Positions 48,067 through 57,471 of a stretch of 64,000 nt of DNA are shown piece by piece. Under the pieces are notes generated by a model, which was given only the letters and a program-made list of their open reading frames with translations, was not told the DNA's origin and did no database searches. The DNA is from Dehalococcoidia bacterium (GTDB taxonomy: Bacteria > Chloroflexota > Dehalococcoidia > Plut-88900). Within the stretch, counting starts at the first letter, position 1. Each line of letters begins with the position of its first letter. A program made the position numbers and the translations under genes. The stretch is from positions 3,136,001 through 3,200,000 of the forward strand of contig OZ240219.1 in NCBI GenBank assembly GCA_965197645.1, in the 5' to 3' direction.

Positions 48067-49002
48067 TCATTTGTTCATGATCCAAGCTATTCTTCCATCA
48101 AGCCAATTAATCAACTCAAGCTTTAAGGGGCCAGGAATCCATACAAGCTCGGGGTCAGCTTGTGCCAGAAGCCTATACCTATCGACCAACAGACCGCCGG
48201 CTCGATTGCTTTGGCGACGCAACTCTCGCTCATCAAGTGCAAAAGGAAGGGAGAAGGCTTTGTTGGGAGGAGCTGCAAAGTCCACGATCTTCGCCCACTC
48301 CTTGATGTTCGGCTCGTTAACCTTCTCTGCCCAGTTCTTTCCGCTTGCGCATTGGGCAAGGTAAACTGGCGTACCGCCACGGGAATCGGGGAAGCGTAGA
48401 TGCCACACGAGGTCGACCCCCGCATCCTTGGCGTTCAAATCGAGGTAGTCATCGGGATTGCCTTTCCGTTCATCGATGGCCACTGTCAGTTCATCGATGA
48501 CTGAAGCCAACTTGGTGGTGTTATCCGTGCTCCATCCTGTCTGGAGGAACCTCCAACCACTAAAGCGGGCCTCCATGGCTGCCCTCGTGATGGACTCAAA
48601 TAGCCTGCCTTGCTCAACATAGTTGGGTCCAAATGTGGTATGCCAGTCCTCGTATCTGGACCCGAGCGATACGACCAAGCAGTAGCTATGGGCAGGAATA
48701 TCTTGCCAATTCACCCTTCTGGCCATCCACCTGTCTTTGAAGACAATGGGAGCGTGTGATCCCATCCAGGACATGCGTCTCTGGAGAGCCGTCCACGCGG
48801 ACAACACAAACTCGGATGCGCTGTCTTGATCCTCAAAGACTTGCTCCTGGACCAGATGGTCGACGACGTCGGTTTGGGAGAGTTCTTCCTCCAAGAACAG
48901 GTTGGTTGCCTCCAGCCAGTCAAGAAACACGGAGTTTTCCAGGTCTGGATCACGAGCAACCTTCAGGAAATCGCTTGGGTGGCTAAGCATTGTCACCGTC
49001 AC
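48067..49002 (-). CDS. Putative PD-(D/E/Q)XK restriction-endonuclease-fold protein
   Basis: KDAGVDLVW...YLAQCASGKNW pattern; overlaps the upstream ParB-like gene. Confidence 0.65.
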   Translation of the reverse strand: MTVTMLSHPSDFLKVARDPDLENSVFLDWLEATNLFLEEELSQTDVVDHLVQEQVFEDQDSASEFVLSAWTALQRRMSWMGSHAPIVFKDRWMARRVNWQDIPAHSYCLVVSLGSRYEDWHTTFGPNYVEQGRLFESITRAAMEARFSGWRFLQTGWSTDNTTKLASVIDELTVAIDERKGNPDDYLDLNAKDAGVDLVWHLRFPDSRGGTPVYLAQCASGKNWAEKVNEPNIKEWAKIVDFAAPPNKAFSLPFALDERELRRQSNRAGGLLVDRYRLLAQADPELVWIPGPLKLELINWLDGRIAWIMNK

Positions 49003-50110
49003 CCTTCCCTAGTCCGATCTGCTCAGCAATCGATGGGAACTTGGATACAAGCTCCTTTGCGTTTAGAGCCAGCCGCAGCATAGCCGTCTGAATCGGCTCA
49101 GAATGCACGTACAAATGCACTTTGCTCAAAGCCAACTCCATTTGAATGCTGGCCTCTTTGAGTTGCGTCTCAATTTCCTCATTCTCGACTCCGGCCTTTT
49201 GCAGAGCCACGTCAAAGCTGGGCACAGGCGAAGACCTGAGATACTCGACAGCCTCAGGATTCGACAGAATCTTGGCAAAGCTGCTAATGTACCTGGAATC
49301 AGCGAAGAGCGGCCGCTGCTTGTCCGTACCAAACAACCACCTCGCAAAGTCTGACAGATTGTGCTCCATTGCATGTGATACTGGGACCTTGGCTTCAATG
49401 GGCTCAACTCCTAGGTCAATACCTAGAAAGGATCGAACACCCCCTTCCCGAAGGGAAAGGAAGAGCACACTAAATCTGCTCTCAAGACCCTGCTCAGATA
49501 CTTCAATGTCGAGAGACTCAATCTGTTTCACAACGCGGTAGGCGATATAGTTTCTTCGTACTGTATCGGTCTGCATTCCAATCTGTTTACGGACAGTGTC
49601 ATAGGACATCTCCATATCATCTACCATGCTGGCGATGAACTCTGCCTTTTGTGTTGGGTCCCATTGCTTGATTCCCGTTACGTGCCTAAAGCCAAGGTAA
49701 GCTATGACATCTGCGCGCGAGTCAGCAAGGATGTAGGGTATTTGGATGAATAGCTCACTGCTGGGCGTAACGCCTTCTACCAGCGTGCGCCAAGTCCTCG
49801 AAGGATGATTGCCGTCAAACGCGCGTTGAAGATACCTCAACGCAGCGATTCGGCGATTGCCCTCCACCACTACTAGTGTGTCAGGCTGGTTATACAGCCC
49901 TTCTTTGACGACAATTACAGCTTCTTGTGGCCAGAATCCGTTCTCCAAGAATGAGACGGCCAACTCTTCCAAGTTCCAACCTCGCATTAGCTCCAGGACG
50001 CGCTCCTGAGTAGCCAACGGTTCAGCAGCACCGAGGCCCAATCGAGGGTTACGGGGGTCAAGTGAGAGTTGCTCTAAGGAAACAAACTCAATTGTGTGAG
50101 AAAGAGGCAT
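48983..50110 (-). CDS. ParB/Srx N-terminal domain protein (defence-associated type)
   Basis: LDPRNPR, VVVEGNRRIAAL, RHVTGIKQW; no parA nearby. Confidence 0.8.
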   Translation of the reverse strand: MPLSHTIEFVSLEQLSLDPRNPRLGLGAAEPLATQERVLELMRGWNLEELAVSFLENGFWPQEAVIVVKEGLYNQPDTLVVVEGNRRIAALRYLQRAFDGNHPSRTWRTLVEGVTPSSELFIQIPYILADSRADVIAYLGFRHVTGIKQWDPTQKAEFIASMVDDMEMSYDTVRKQIGMQTDTVRRNYIAYRVVKQIESLDIEVSEQGLESRFSVLFLSLREGGVRSFLGIDLGVEPIEAKVPVSHAMEHNLSDFARWLFGTDKQRPLFADSRYISSFAKILSNPEAVEYLRSSPVPSFDVALQKAGVENEEIETQLKEASIQMELALSKVHLYVHSEPIQTAMLRLALNAKELVSKFPSIAEQIGLGKGDGDNA

Positions 50111-50212
50111 GATCTGCACCTCGCTTATGGGTGTTCAATTGCTTCTGTGACATGGTTGCAGTCCGTCCCGGATTTGGGCGACCAGCTTGAACTATGTTAG
50201 TTGCATGCCACA

Positions 50213-50917
50213 TTAGACTACTCGCTTTTGCATTCTGGCCTCACGAGAGCCGACGGAGCAGTCCCGTAACAGAGGACAGCTGGGGCAGTCGGGCTTATTG
50301 GGGCGGCAGTAGGCCGACCCTATGTCGATGAGGCCCAAGTTGAACTCGCGTGCATGGCGGCGGGGGAGAAGTCCATTGGCGAACTCCGCAAGGCGAGTGT
50401 CGGAATATGCCGGACCGGCGCTAGGAAAGCCCAGTACACGCCGCAGAACACGCCCCGATCCTTCGTCAATCATCGGTAGGGGATGATTGAAAGCCATGCA
50501 CAAAGTCGCTCGGGCACTGTACCTCCCGATACCCGGGAGCGATTGCAGTTCCCCTAGGTCTTCTGGCACTTGTCCCCCGTAGTCTCGCAGCAAGCGGCGC
50601 GCGCACTCGACCAGTCTGTCAGCACGTAGGACGAGACCGAGAGGTCTAAACCACCAACGCAGAGCTTCGACATCGGTCGCTGCCAGTGAGGCAGGGTCAG
50701 GGTATGTGGTAACGAGATGGGTGTAAGGGCTGACCACCCTGGCTGCCTGGGTCTGCCGAAGCAAGACCTCTGCTATCAAAATGTGGAACGGGTTCCTAGT
50801 GTCCCGCCAAGGGAACTCTCGCCCATTGCTACGGAACCAACTCACGACAGAGGCTGCGAGCTCTTTGCTGCTCCCCAGAGCTCTGTCTCTGTTCGGCTGT
50901 CGTTCTGCTTGAATCAC
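50213..50917 (-). CDS. HhH-GPD [4Fe-4S] DNA glycosylase, MIG-type (T/G mismatch)
   Basis: FPWR, EVLLRQTQA, LPGIGRY, FNLGLID, C-x6-C-x2-C-x5-C; no MutY C-terminal NUDIX domain. Confidence 0.85.
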   Translation of the reverse strand: MIQAERQPNRDRALGSSKELAASVVSWFRSNGREFPWRDTRNPFHILIAEVLLRQTQAARVVSPYTHLVTTYPDPASLAATDVEALRWWFRPLGLVLRADRLVECARRLLRDYGGQVPEDLGELQSLPGIGRYSARATLCMAFNHPLPMIDEGSGRVLRRVLGFPSAGPAYSDTRLAEFANGLLPRRHAREFNLGLIDIGSAYCRPNKPDCPSCPLLRDCSVGSREARMQKRVV

Positions 50918-50920
50918 CGC

Positions 50921-51907
50921 TCACCTACTCACTGAAATGGGGACAGCGCACCATGGACGCAACCACGCATCTAGCTCCGTCGCCGTGACTCTCGGCGCTG
51001 TTGAGAGGTCCACCTTGTAACGGGTCTCTGTTACTCCTGGAGGCTCTGGTACCCGAAAGTGCGGGATATCCATCGAACGGAACCAGGCGAGGTTCTGCTC
51101 TGCTTCAGCAGCATCGATTACTGGACCAGGCTCTGCTGATGACTCCATGCCAGCCTGGCGCACTGCTTTCTCAAGCTTCAGGTAGTCAGGCGTTCCGAGC
51201 AGAGCATTCCTACATTCGTCGATCAACTGCCGTAAGCTGAGGCCAGAGTCATCCTCGGTCGCAACTATCGATGCAACAACTATCTCTTCGCCTTCAGTGG
51301 CAAATATCTGCCTGTGGGAGAAGTGGTGCATGCGCTCTGGTCGCGTCGTGACCTTGACCTCGACTCGATTGCGGCCACAAGAGAAGTCGAATCGCCTCTC
51401 AACTTCGCTGTGCCAGAAGGGGGCCCAGAATCGAAAACCCTGCACACGGCTCATCATGAACAGCTCACCCCATAGGCCGCGTCTCTCCGCCTGGAGGTCT
51501 TTGGCTGGCGTGACAGCGAATAGGCGGACCATAGAGCGGAAGAACGAAGTTAGAGCATGCCGGTCTACCCTTCCCGCCTCATGGCGCGCCAAGAATGCCT
51601 CCGCGAGCAAGAGAAAGGTCTCCACATCCGCCGAGTCCGATGTCTCACAGCGTAGAGCGTGCAGCAGCTCAACCCTCGGGGAGTCGTACATGCCGGCCAG
51701 GCTGTAGCTCTGCCCAATGTGGAGAGAGAGCTTGTTAGTGCGCAGCGGGGGCTCTTGAGCTCCCGCTTCAGCCACAACAAAGAGGACGGGGTAACCGGTA
51801 ATATCAATCCCAAGGAGGACTCCGTAGCTTCCCGGTACGGGAGCAACAGTAAATGCGTGGCCAGATGGCCTGTCCCTAAGCTCTGATAGAAGGGCGGCGA
51901 GCCTCAT
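50921..51907 (-). CDS. PD-(D/E)XK motif protein (DUF4420-like)
   Basis: GLWGEL, W......FDF....VEVKVT, HHFS; ATGA-coupled to the Z1 gene. Confidence 0.85.
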   Translation of the reverse strand: MRLAALLSELRDRPSGHAFTVAPVPGSYGVLLGIDITGYPVLFVVAEAGAQEPPLRTNKLSLHIGQSYSLAGMYDSPRVELLHALRCETSDSADVETFLLLAEAFLARHEAGRVDRHALTSFFRSMVRLFAVTPAKDLQAERRGLWGELFMMSRVQGFRFWAPFWHSEVERRFDFSCGRNRVEVKVTTRPERMHHFSHRQIFATEGEEIVVASIVATEDDSGLSLRQLIDECRNALLGTPDYLKLEKAVRQAGMESSAEPGPVIDAAEAEQNLAWFRSMDIPHFRVPEPPGVTETRYKVDLSTAPRVTATELDAWLRPWCAVPISVSR

Positions 51908-54054
51908 AGGTTGTCATCCCGGACTACATATCTGAGGTCGAAGCGCGGATCCTCGCTCGGCACAAAAAGGCCGAGCGCTGTGGTCTCTACCGGATCGGAT
52001 AGTCCATCCCCGCTAACTCGAATCACGTGCACCTGGAGCTGGACACGACCCTCGTGGATGTTCTCGTCGCCGGGATAGAACCTGGGATCGGGGGGATCCC
52101 TGCCCGGGGTGCGACCCTGCATGGGGTTCACGCGACCTTGCCGCTTGGTTCTCTCTCGTGTTCGACCTCCCGTCATATATACAAGGTCCATAGATGGGAG
52201 CACCCCTGCAAGCAGCAATCGTGCCAGGTACTCACTTGTATAGGATGCGTCCCAGTCGGTCCCCTCTGCTTCGATTTTGGCTAGCAGCCCTGCTATGACC
52301 TCTTCAGTCGAACAGTCCTCAGCAACAAGGTGCTCGACGTTCCCAAAGCGCTTGAGAGACGTCTCCTCTCGCTGGGCAAAGAAAGTCCTCACTGATTGGA
52401 GATTGCGTGCAGCGACGACCTCATCCTCTACGAGGCGGTTCTGTATGTCCCAGCCTCCGCCTCTGAATCGCCGATAGCTAGCTACATTCGACCTGGTTGG
52501 CTTTAGGCCCATGTTCATATCCAGCGAGAGCATGCGAGGCCACTCCCGAATGGATAGTCGTTGCCGCTGGTTTCGGCGAAGCGCCTCCCAAAAGTCGTCC
52601 TCATGCCTCAAGAGCTCTGTGTAGTCGTCTCGAAGCTGCGAGGTTACGAATATGCGACAGACATCAAGGTAGTCATTCTTGTAGCCGAACCATCGAGCTC
52701 GCTGCTCCATGGTGTCGGCATTTGTCTCGTTCTTCGCCCGGCGAGTGATGTACGTGACCGCTAATCCCTCAATTGTGACTCCTCGGCCAAGCATGTTGCC
52801 GCCGACGAGGATGTTGTTCTTTAGCCTGAAGGGTGTCCCAATGGGGTCGCGGCCCAAGGGTAGGCTATTGACCATCCACACCTCGACGAGCCAAACCTCG
52901 TCACGCAACTGCTCGAGCACCTCTTCCCAAGCAGGGGGATCTTGTACCGTGGAGCACAGATCGTCATAGGCCGCCCGCATGAGAGATATCAGCTCATGTC
53001 TAGCGGGATCGTCGTCCGAAAGGCTGAGACTCTCACGCCAAAGCCCAATGAGATTGCGGACAGCTGTCTGGAGTCTCTCGTGGTCGGCACGTAGGTTGCT
53101 GTTGTGAATGAGCATCGAATGCCATGCATTGGACTCGCGTCGGTGTCGAATAGCGCCGCCGACAAGGAAGGTCGCGATGGCCTGCCTGAGGCCATCGGGG
53201 ATTCCCCAGACGTGCTCGTCTTCAGCCTCTGCCAAGGGCACGGGCCTCACATATCGATCGCGATCTGACCCGAAGAAAGTGGCTCCGCCACAGTATCCGT
53301 GTCCCGGCTCAACGAGAACCCCAAAATCAGGTGAGAGGCCATCGATCCCAGATATGAGAAGGTTCGCTTGAGGAGTTGCTGTGTACGCCACATAGGCGTG
53401 GACGCGAAGAGCAGCCCTTAGCCTAAGGATGCTCTCATAGATAGCAGATCGTCTCCCGCGGCGGAACTGGGTGTTGAGGGACGCTTCGTCCCCCTCATCA
53501 TCGATGATGAGGGTTGGGAAGCCACTGAGCTCGGAGGTGGCTAGGACCCGCCTTGCATCTTCAAGCCGCTTGCGGTTTTTCAGCACTACGATCAATGCGT
53601 GCCCACCACCATGAAGCACGCTTCTAATGACCTCAGCGTCTTGGGGGATTGGGTTCCTGAAGGGCGTTAGATTCGGGCGCCTAGCTTCCAGGTCGTTGTA
53701 CAGCCGGGTGTAGTTCTGCTCCAAGAGGGGGTTCTTCGTACCAGCCAGCACTACCGTTATACGGTACCCGTTGTCTATGGCCAGGGCGATTAGAGATGTG
53801 TAGGAGAGGGTTTTGCCACTCTGGACCTTGCCAAGCGCAAGTCCAGTGACTCTCCTATCGTTGTCCGCTGGAGTTGGGCACCGACCAAGAATTGATGCGG
53901 CAGTCTCTACAACATCGTCCCACTCGTCGTCGCCGACACGCTCCTGATACCTGCTCCTCAGGCGTTGAATCTCTTCACCATCGATAGATGGCCCCCAAAG
54001 ATCCGTTGCCGTCGACAAGGGATCAATACCGATAGTCATGCTAGGCTCGACCAT
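51904..54054 (-). CDS. Z1 domain-containing SF2 helicase-like protein
   Basis: GKVQSGKT, IIDDEGDEAS, YTATPQAN, GGNMLGRGVTIEGL, DTMEQRARWFGY. Confidence 0.92.
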   Translation of the reverse strand: MVEPSMTIGIDPLSTATDLWGPSIDGEEIQRLRSRYQERVGDDEWDDVVETAASILGRCPTPADNDRRVTGLALGKVQSGKTLSYTSLIALAIDNGYRITVVLAGTKNPLLEQNYTRLYNDLEARRPNLTPFRNPIPQDAEVIRSVLHGGGHALIVVLKNRKRLEDARRVLATSELSGFPTLIIDDEGDEASLNTQFRRGRRSAIYESILRLRAALRVHAYVAYTATPQANLLISGIDGLSPDFGVLVEPGHGYCGGATFFGSDRDRYVRPVPLAEAEDEHVWGIPDGLRQAIATFLVGGAIRHRRESNAWHSMLIHNSNLRADHERLQTAVRNLIGLWRESLSLSDDDPARHELISLMRAAYDDLCSTVQDPPAWEEVLEQLRDEVWLVEVWMVNSLPLGRDPIGTPFRLKNNILVGGNMLGRGVTIEGLAVTYITRRAKNETNADTMEQRARWFGYKNDYLDVCRIFVTSQLRDDYTELLRHEDDFWEALRRNQRQRLSIREWPRMLSLDMNMGLKPTRSNVASYRRFRGGGWDIQNRLVEDEVVAARNLQSVRTFFAQREETSLKRFGNVEHLVAEDCSTEEVIAGLLAKIEAEGTDWDASYTSEYLARLLLAGVLPSMDLVYMTGGRTRERTKRQGRVNPMQGRTPGRDPPDPRFYPGDENIHEGRVQLQVHVIRVSGDGLSDPVETTALGLFVPSEDPRFDLRYVVRDDNL

Positions 54055-55612
54055 ACTCGACCTCGATCTCGCCAGCCCGCCTGAGTACCTTGTTCATGTA
54101 CATGCGAAAGTCGCTTGGGCTTACAAGTCCATTGGAAGAGATCTGAAGAGCCATGCGCTCGGCCAAGGCTAAGGACAGGACAAACTTCTGAAGCAAGGCA
54201 AGTGAGTCCCTGTTTTCTAGGTAGGGTGCTAGAAAGGGATGGGCAGTGTTTAGGAAGACATCAATCTCGTTCTCACGCGGGACGCTTAGCTGCATCCAGT
54301 GGGCGTCACTTAGCTGGTCTTGCCAGTGAAGCCTGAATAGCCAGACCTCCGCGCCGACCTCAAGACGATACGAGACAGGACCACTGCTGGCAGCTCGAAT
54401 CAGCTCGGTGTCGGCGCGCTCCGTCTCCGCGGACTTCGGAGGATCAGGCAGTCTGATCTCCTCGTGAACTGCGTTGCCGAACCTCTGGTCGGAGAAGACC
54501 TGCCTAAGGGGCTCCGACACAACCTCCATGACCGGCTGGGTGATGGGCTTGCCGCGCTCTCGGTAGCCCTCGGCTTTGTCCATGTAGTCTTGGCAGACTC
54601 GCTTCAGTTGCTCAATGAAATCATCCTCCAGCCCACCGGACCAGTCGAAGGCATCCTTCGCTTGCGTTACCGGCCAAGCATCCATCTTGATCTCACCGAC
54701 AAGACGCTGAGAGCGAAAGGTATTGCCCTGGCCGAAAATCTCGGCCGGCTTGTAGCCTTCCCCCGGCCCCCCCACGATGACCCGTCCGCGCCTTAGCAAG
54801 GCGAACCCCGCATCCCGCTGGCTTCCAGGCGTTCGCACTCCAACCCAGCCGTTGGCGCGAAGTGTCGTTCCTTCAGACTCCCACGGCACATCAATGGTGA
54901 AGCTCTTTCTCCAAACGTTATTGACCCCGCCTGGCAAGTCCTCTTCAAGGAAGCTGGGCTCCTGAAATGTGATGGGCTCGCCATTCCAGAGAATCTGGAT
55001 CTCTCCTGAGCGAAGGTCCTCTCGGTACATGCTGCCAAGCTGGTCCTTCACTCGGCCTTGCGTTCTTCCCCGGATTGGCTTGTAGAGTCCCTCGATCGTG
55101 ATAGACGTGTAGTGGGTCTCCGGCGCGGAATGTCCCACCTCGACGGCAATGCTGTCCATATGACTGTCCACAAGCTCTGGTACGTGTACACGGGCCGTGT
55201 ACTCACTGGCAGAGCCGAGCTTACTGCTTCGAATCGTCCAGGTTGTACCGAACCAGCAAGCTGCCGTCTTGAGCCCCATGCCGAACTCGCAGCGCCCTGT
55301 GGGATCTGGGGGTGGCCTATCAAGCACAACCGCCCTGGTGAGCTCCTCCATCTCCATTCCATGCGCGTTGTCGACTATCGTCAGCGCATTTCTATCGCTG
55401 TCATAGGCGACCTCGACTCGTAAGCTGCCGGGGCCTCCTTCGAGCTTGTATCCTCCAATCAGCTCCGCTCGATGGTCGTAGTAGCTCTGCGTAGAGTTGT
55501 CTACGAACTCGGCAATGGCGTACCACGGCTGATAGCTCAGTCGCCTGTAGGTAGCGTAAACGCTTACGGCTGGTCGAATGTCTATTGTTAGCTGGCCCTC
55601 AGAAGCAACCAT
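54041..55612 (-). CDS. MORC/MutL-like GHKL ATPase
   Basis: AIAEFVDNS, DNAHGM, FGMGLKTA; GAGGAGG SD before ATG 55612. Confidence 0.9.
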   Translation of the reverse strand: MVASEGQLTIDIRPAVSVYATYRRLSYQPWYAIAEFVDNSTQSYYDHRAELIGGYKLEGGPGSLRVEVAYDSDRNALTIVDNAHGMEMEELTRAVVLDRPPPDPTGRCEFGMGLKTAACWFGTTWTIRSSKLGSASEYTARVHVPELVDSHMDSIAVEVGHSAPETHYTSITIEGLYKPIRGRTQGRVKDQLGSMYREDLRSGEIQILWNGEPITFQEPSFLEEDLPGGVNNVWRKSFTIDVPWESEGTTLRANGWVGVRTPGSQRDAGFALLRRGRVIVGGPGEGYKPAEIFGQGNTFRSQRLVGEIKMDAWPVTQAKDAFDWSGGLEDDFIEQLKRVCQDYMDKAEGYRERGKPITQPVMEVVSEPLRQVFSDQRFGNAVHEEIRLPDPPKSAETERADTELIRAASSGPVSYRLEVGAEVWLFRLHWQDQLSDAHWMQLSVPRENEIDVFLNTAHPFLAPYLENRDSLALLQKFVLSLALAERMALQISSNGLVSPSDFRMYMNKVLRRAGEIEVEYGRA

Positions 55613-55622
55613 CCGACCTCCT

Positions 55623-56981
55623 CTAGCCGGCGCTGACAGCGACAGGGCTTTGAGCGCTTCCCTTACTGGATTCTTCAACGCGCAGAAGTCTCCTGGTGAT
55701 CTCATACACAACGTCTACGTGTACCGCGTTCCCGAGTGCCTTGAACGTCGCCGTCCTGGATTCAGGAACACACAGGTCATCGTCGAAGCCCTGCAGCCGG
55801 AGCCCTTCGACCCTGGACAGATGTCGCTGCTCAGGTCCGAGGATTGGAATCTGTGTGCTTGTCATTGCGACGAGCGACGGGCAGCTTCGGTATCTCTTGA
55901 CGCGCAGTCCAGAGGGCCTGAACTGCAGAATGTGGTTCCACAGGTTCCTTTCCTCGCCCTGACAGTTCCACTCAAGCTTGCGGAGAGATGGAGGGAACGT
56001 ACGAAGGCTAGCCAGCCACTGTTGGGGGAGAGCATTCCGAATCGATGTATACCAGTCACGATTCGACCTGATGAAACGAACCTTCCAATCCGGGAACTCC
56101 ACAGCCTCAGTCCGTGCGTACCTCGGTAAGGCCTCGAAGCTTACTCGGGACGAGACCCTCCCATTCTTGCTATCCGTCTGGCCAACTGTCGCAGCGAGCA
56201 GTTGAGCCCAAGGAGTAGTCCCTTCGTAGGCGTAACGTGCACCAAACTCATCCGCCCATATGGGAAATGACGGCAGGTCAACCTTCTCCTCCGGGAGAGC
56301 ATTGAGGAAGGAGTTCCAGTGATCGATGCATCGCCGGTGCTGGTCTAAGATGAGTGTTTCGCTGTAGTCGGACTGGGACAGGTCGTCCTTATGCTGCACG
56401 ATGGCAGACATTGAGGTGAGTGCACTTCGGTTTCTCGGAGGGAAGGTCTCTTCGGGCAGGCCCTCACGAGAGGCTACTGCGAAGAAGCGCTCTCGGTGAT
56501 GTGGAAACCCGAGATGGTGTGGGGAGAGCAGCCCTTCACCACCACTGGCTATATGCTCTGTTCCCTTGACGTCATAGCCGAGCCTTCGCAGGCTGGTCTT
56601 GACGATGCGCCACGTTTGACCGTCGTCATGACGCTCGAAGTTTCCAACATTCTCTAGAATCACATACGTAGGCTTATGCGCCTCCAGGATCTCCAGAATC
56701 TCATGGAAGAGTGTCCCTGAAGTCTTGTCCTTCATTCCGACCTGAGTCCCTGACTTGGAGAATGGCTGACAAGGGAACCCGGCGCACAGTATGTCGTGAG
56801 GTGGTACATGGTCCTTGGCTTGTCTAATGTCTCCGAGGATCGCAGGTCCCTCGGGGAAGTTCCGGTTGTAGACTTGCTGAAGCTCGCTATCAACCTCAGA
56901 GGCAAAGACGCACTCGTGTCCGAGTTGCTCAAGTGCAAGACGGAATCCACCAAGACCTGCAAAGAGATCGACAAATCTCAT
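55623..56981 (-). CDS. dcm: DNA (cytosine-5)-methyltransferase
   Basis: FAGLGG, GFPCQPFS, ENV, RER, RLQGF, LGNAV; long variable region. Confidence 0.96.
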   Translation of the reverse strand: MRFVDLFAGLGGFRLALEQLGHECVFASEVDSELQQVYNRNFPEGPAILGDIRQAKDHVPPHDILCAGFPCQPFSKSGTQVGMKDKTSGTLFHEILEILEAHKPTYVILENVGNFERHDDGQTWRIVKTSLRRLGYDVKGTEHIASGGEGLLSPHHLGFPHHRERFFAVASREGLPEETFPPRNRSALTSMSAIVQHKDDLSQSDYSETLILDQHRRCIDHWNSFLNALPEEKVDLPSFPIWADEFGARYAYEGTTPWAQLLAATVGQTDSKNGRVSSRVSFEALPRYARTEAVEFPDWKVRFIRSNRDWYTSIRNALPQQWLASLRTFPPSLRKLEWNCQGEERNLWNHILQFRPSGLRVKRYRSCPSLVAMTSTQIPILGPEQRHLSRVEGLRLQGFDDDLCVPESRTATFKALGNAVHVDVVYEITRRLLRVEESSKGSAQSPVAVSAG

Positions 56982-57059
56982 TGCCAACGCCCTAGTGTGG
57001 AGTAGACGTCTGAAAGCAGCCCTTTCATATGGTCCTCTTCACTACTGCAACCGTATCGC

Positions 57060-57221
57060 TCAAGAAGTCTCGGCCTGGCCCTTGTAGAAGGCGAGAATCT
57101 CATTGAGCTTCTGACCGATTGTCTTTCCTTCAAGTGCGGCCTGGGCCTTGAGCCACCGCCAAAGATGTTGATCCACCCCGCGGATGTTGGTCGGTCCGGC
57201 GGAGGTACGCTGAGAGATCAC
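57060..57221 (-). CDS. Small ribbon-helix-helix-like regulator (53 aa; not in ORF track)
   Basis: GTG start after GAGGTG SD; translates to MISQRTSAGPTNIRGVDQHLWRWLKAQAALEGKTIGQKLNEILAFYKGQAETS. Confidence 0.75.
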   Translation of the reverse strand: MISQRTSAGPTNIRGVDQHLWRWLKAQAALEGKTIGQKLNEILAFYKGQAETS

Positions 57222-57266
57222 TGAGACACCTCGTTCCTTCTTGTCATGACAGGTGCGAGCTTATCA

Positions 57267-57295
57267 AATGTATTGTTTGTAGTGCACACTGTCAA
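57267..57295 (-). promoter_or_regulatory. Promoter of the RHH-dcm defence operon
   Basis: TTGACA-17 nt-TACATT on the minus strand in an AT-rich patch. Confidence 0.65.
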
Positions 57296-57471
57296 TAGAA
57301 GGAGAGCAGTAGAAAGTACACGTAGAGAGGTTCAGCATGAAGCGCCTAGGCGGTCTGCGCTGACAGTAGAGACATCTGCCCTGTCCCGCGCTGCCTTTGT
57401 CCAGGGGGTCGGGCTTCGAGTGCCTTAAATGGTGGGGGCAAACCTTAAGAGCTTGCGAGTCTGGAGGAGCC

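Noticed and set aside
50213-50917. Housekeeping mutY
   Set aside because: Lacks the C-terminal 8-oxoG domain, has MIG-type residues and sits within a methylase operon
57284-57295. TTGACAGTGTGC shared with the alaS promoter (25309-25320)
   Set aside because: Half of the match is the -35 consensus; the remaining 6 nt can arise by chance
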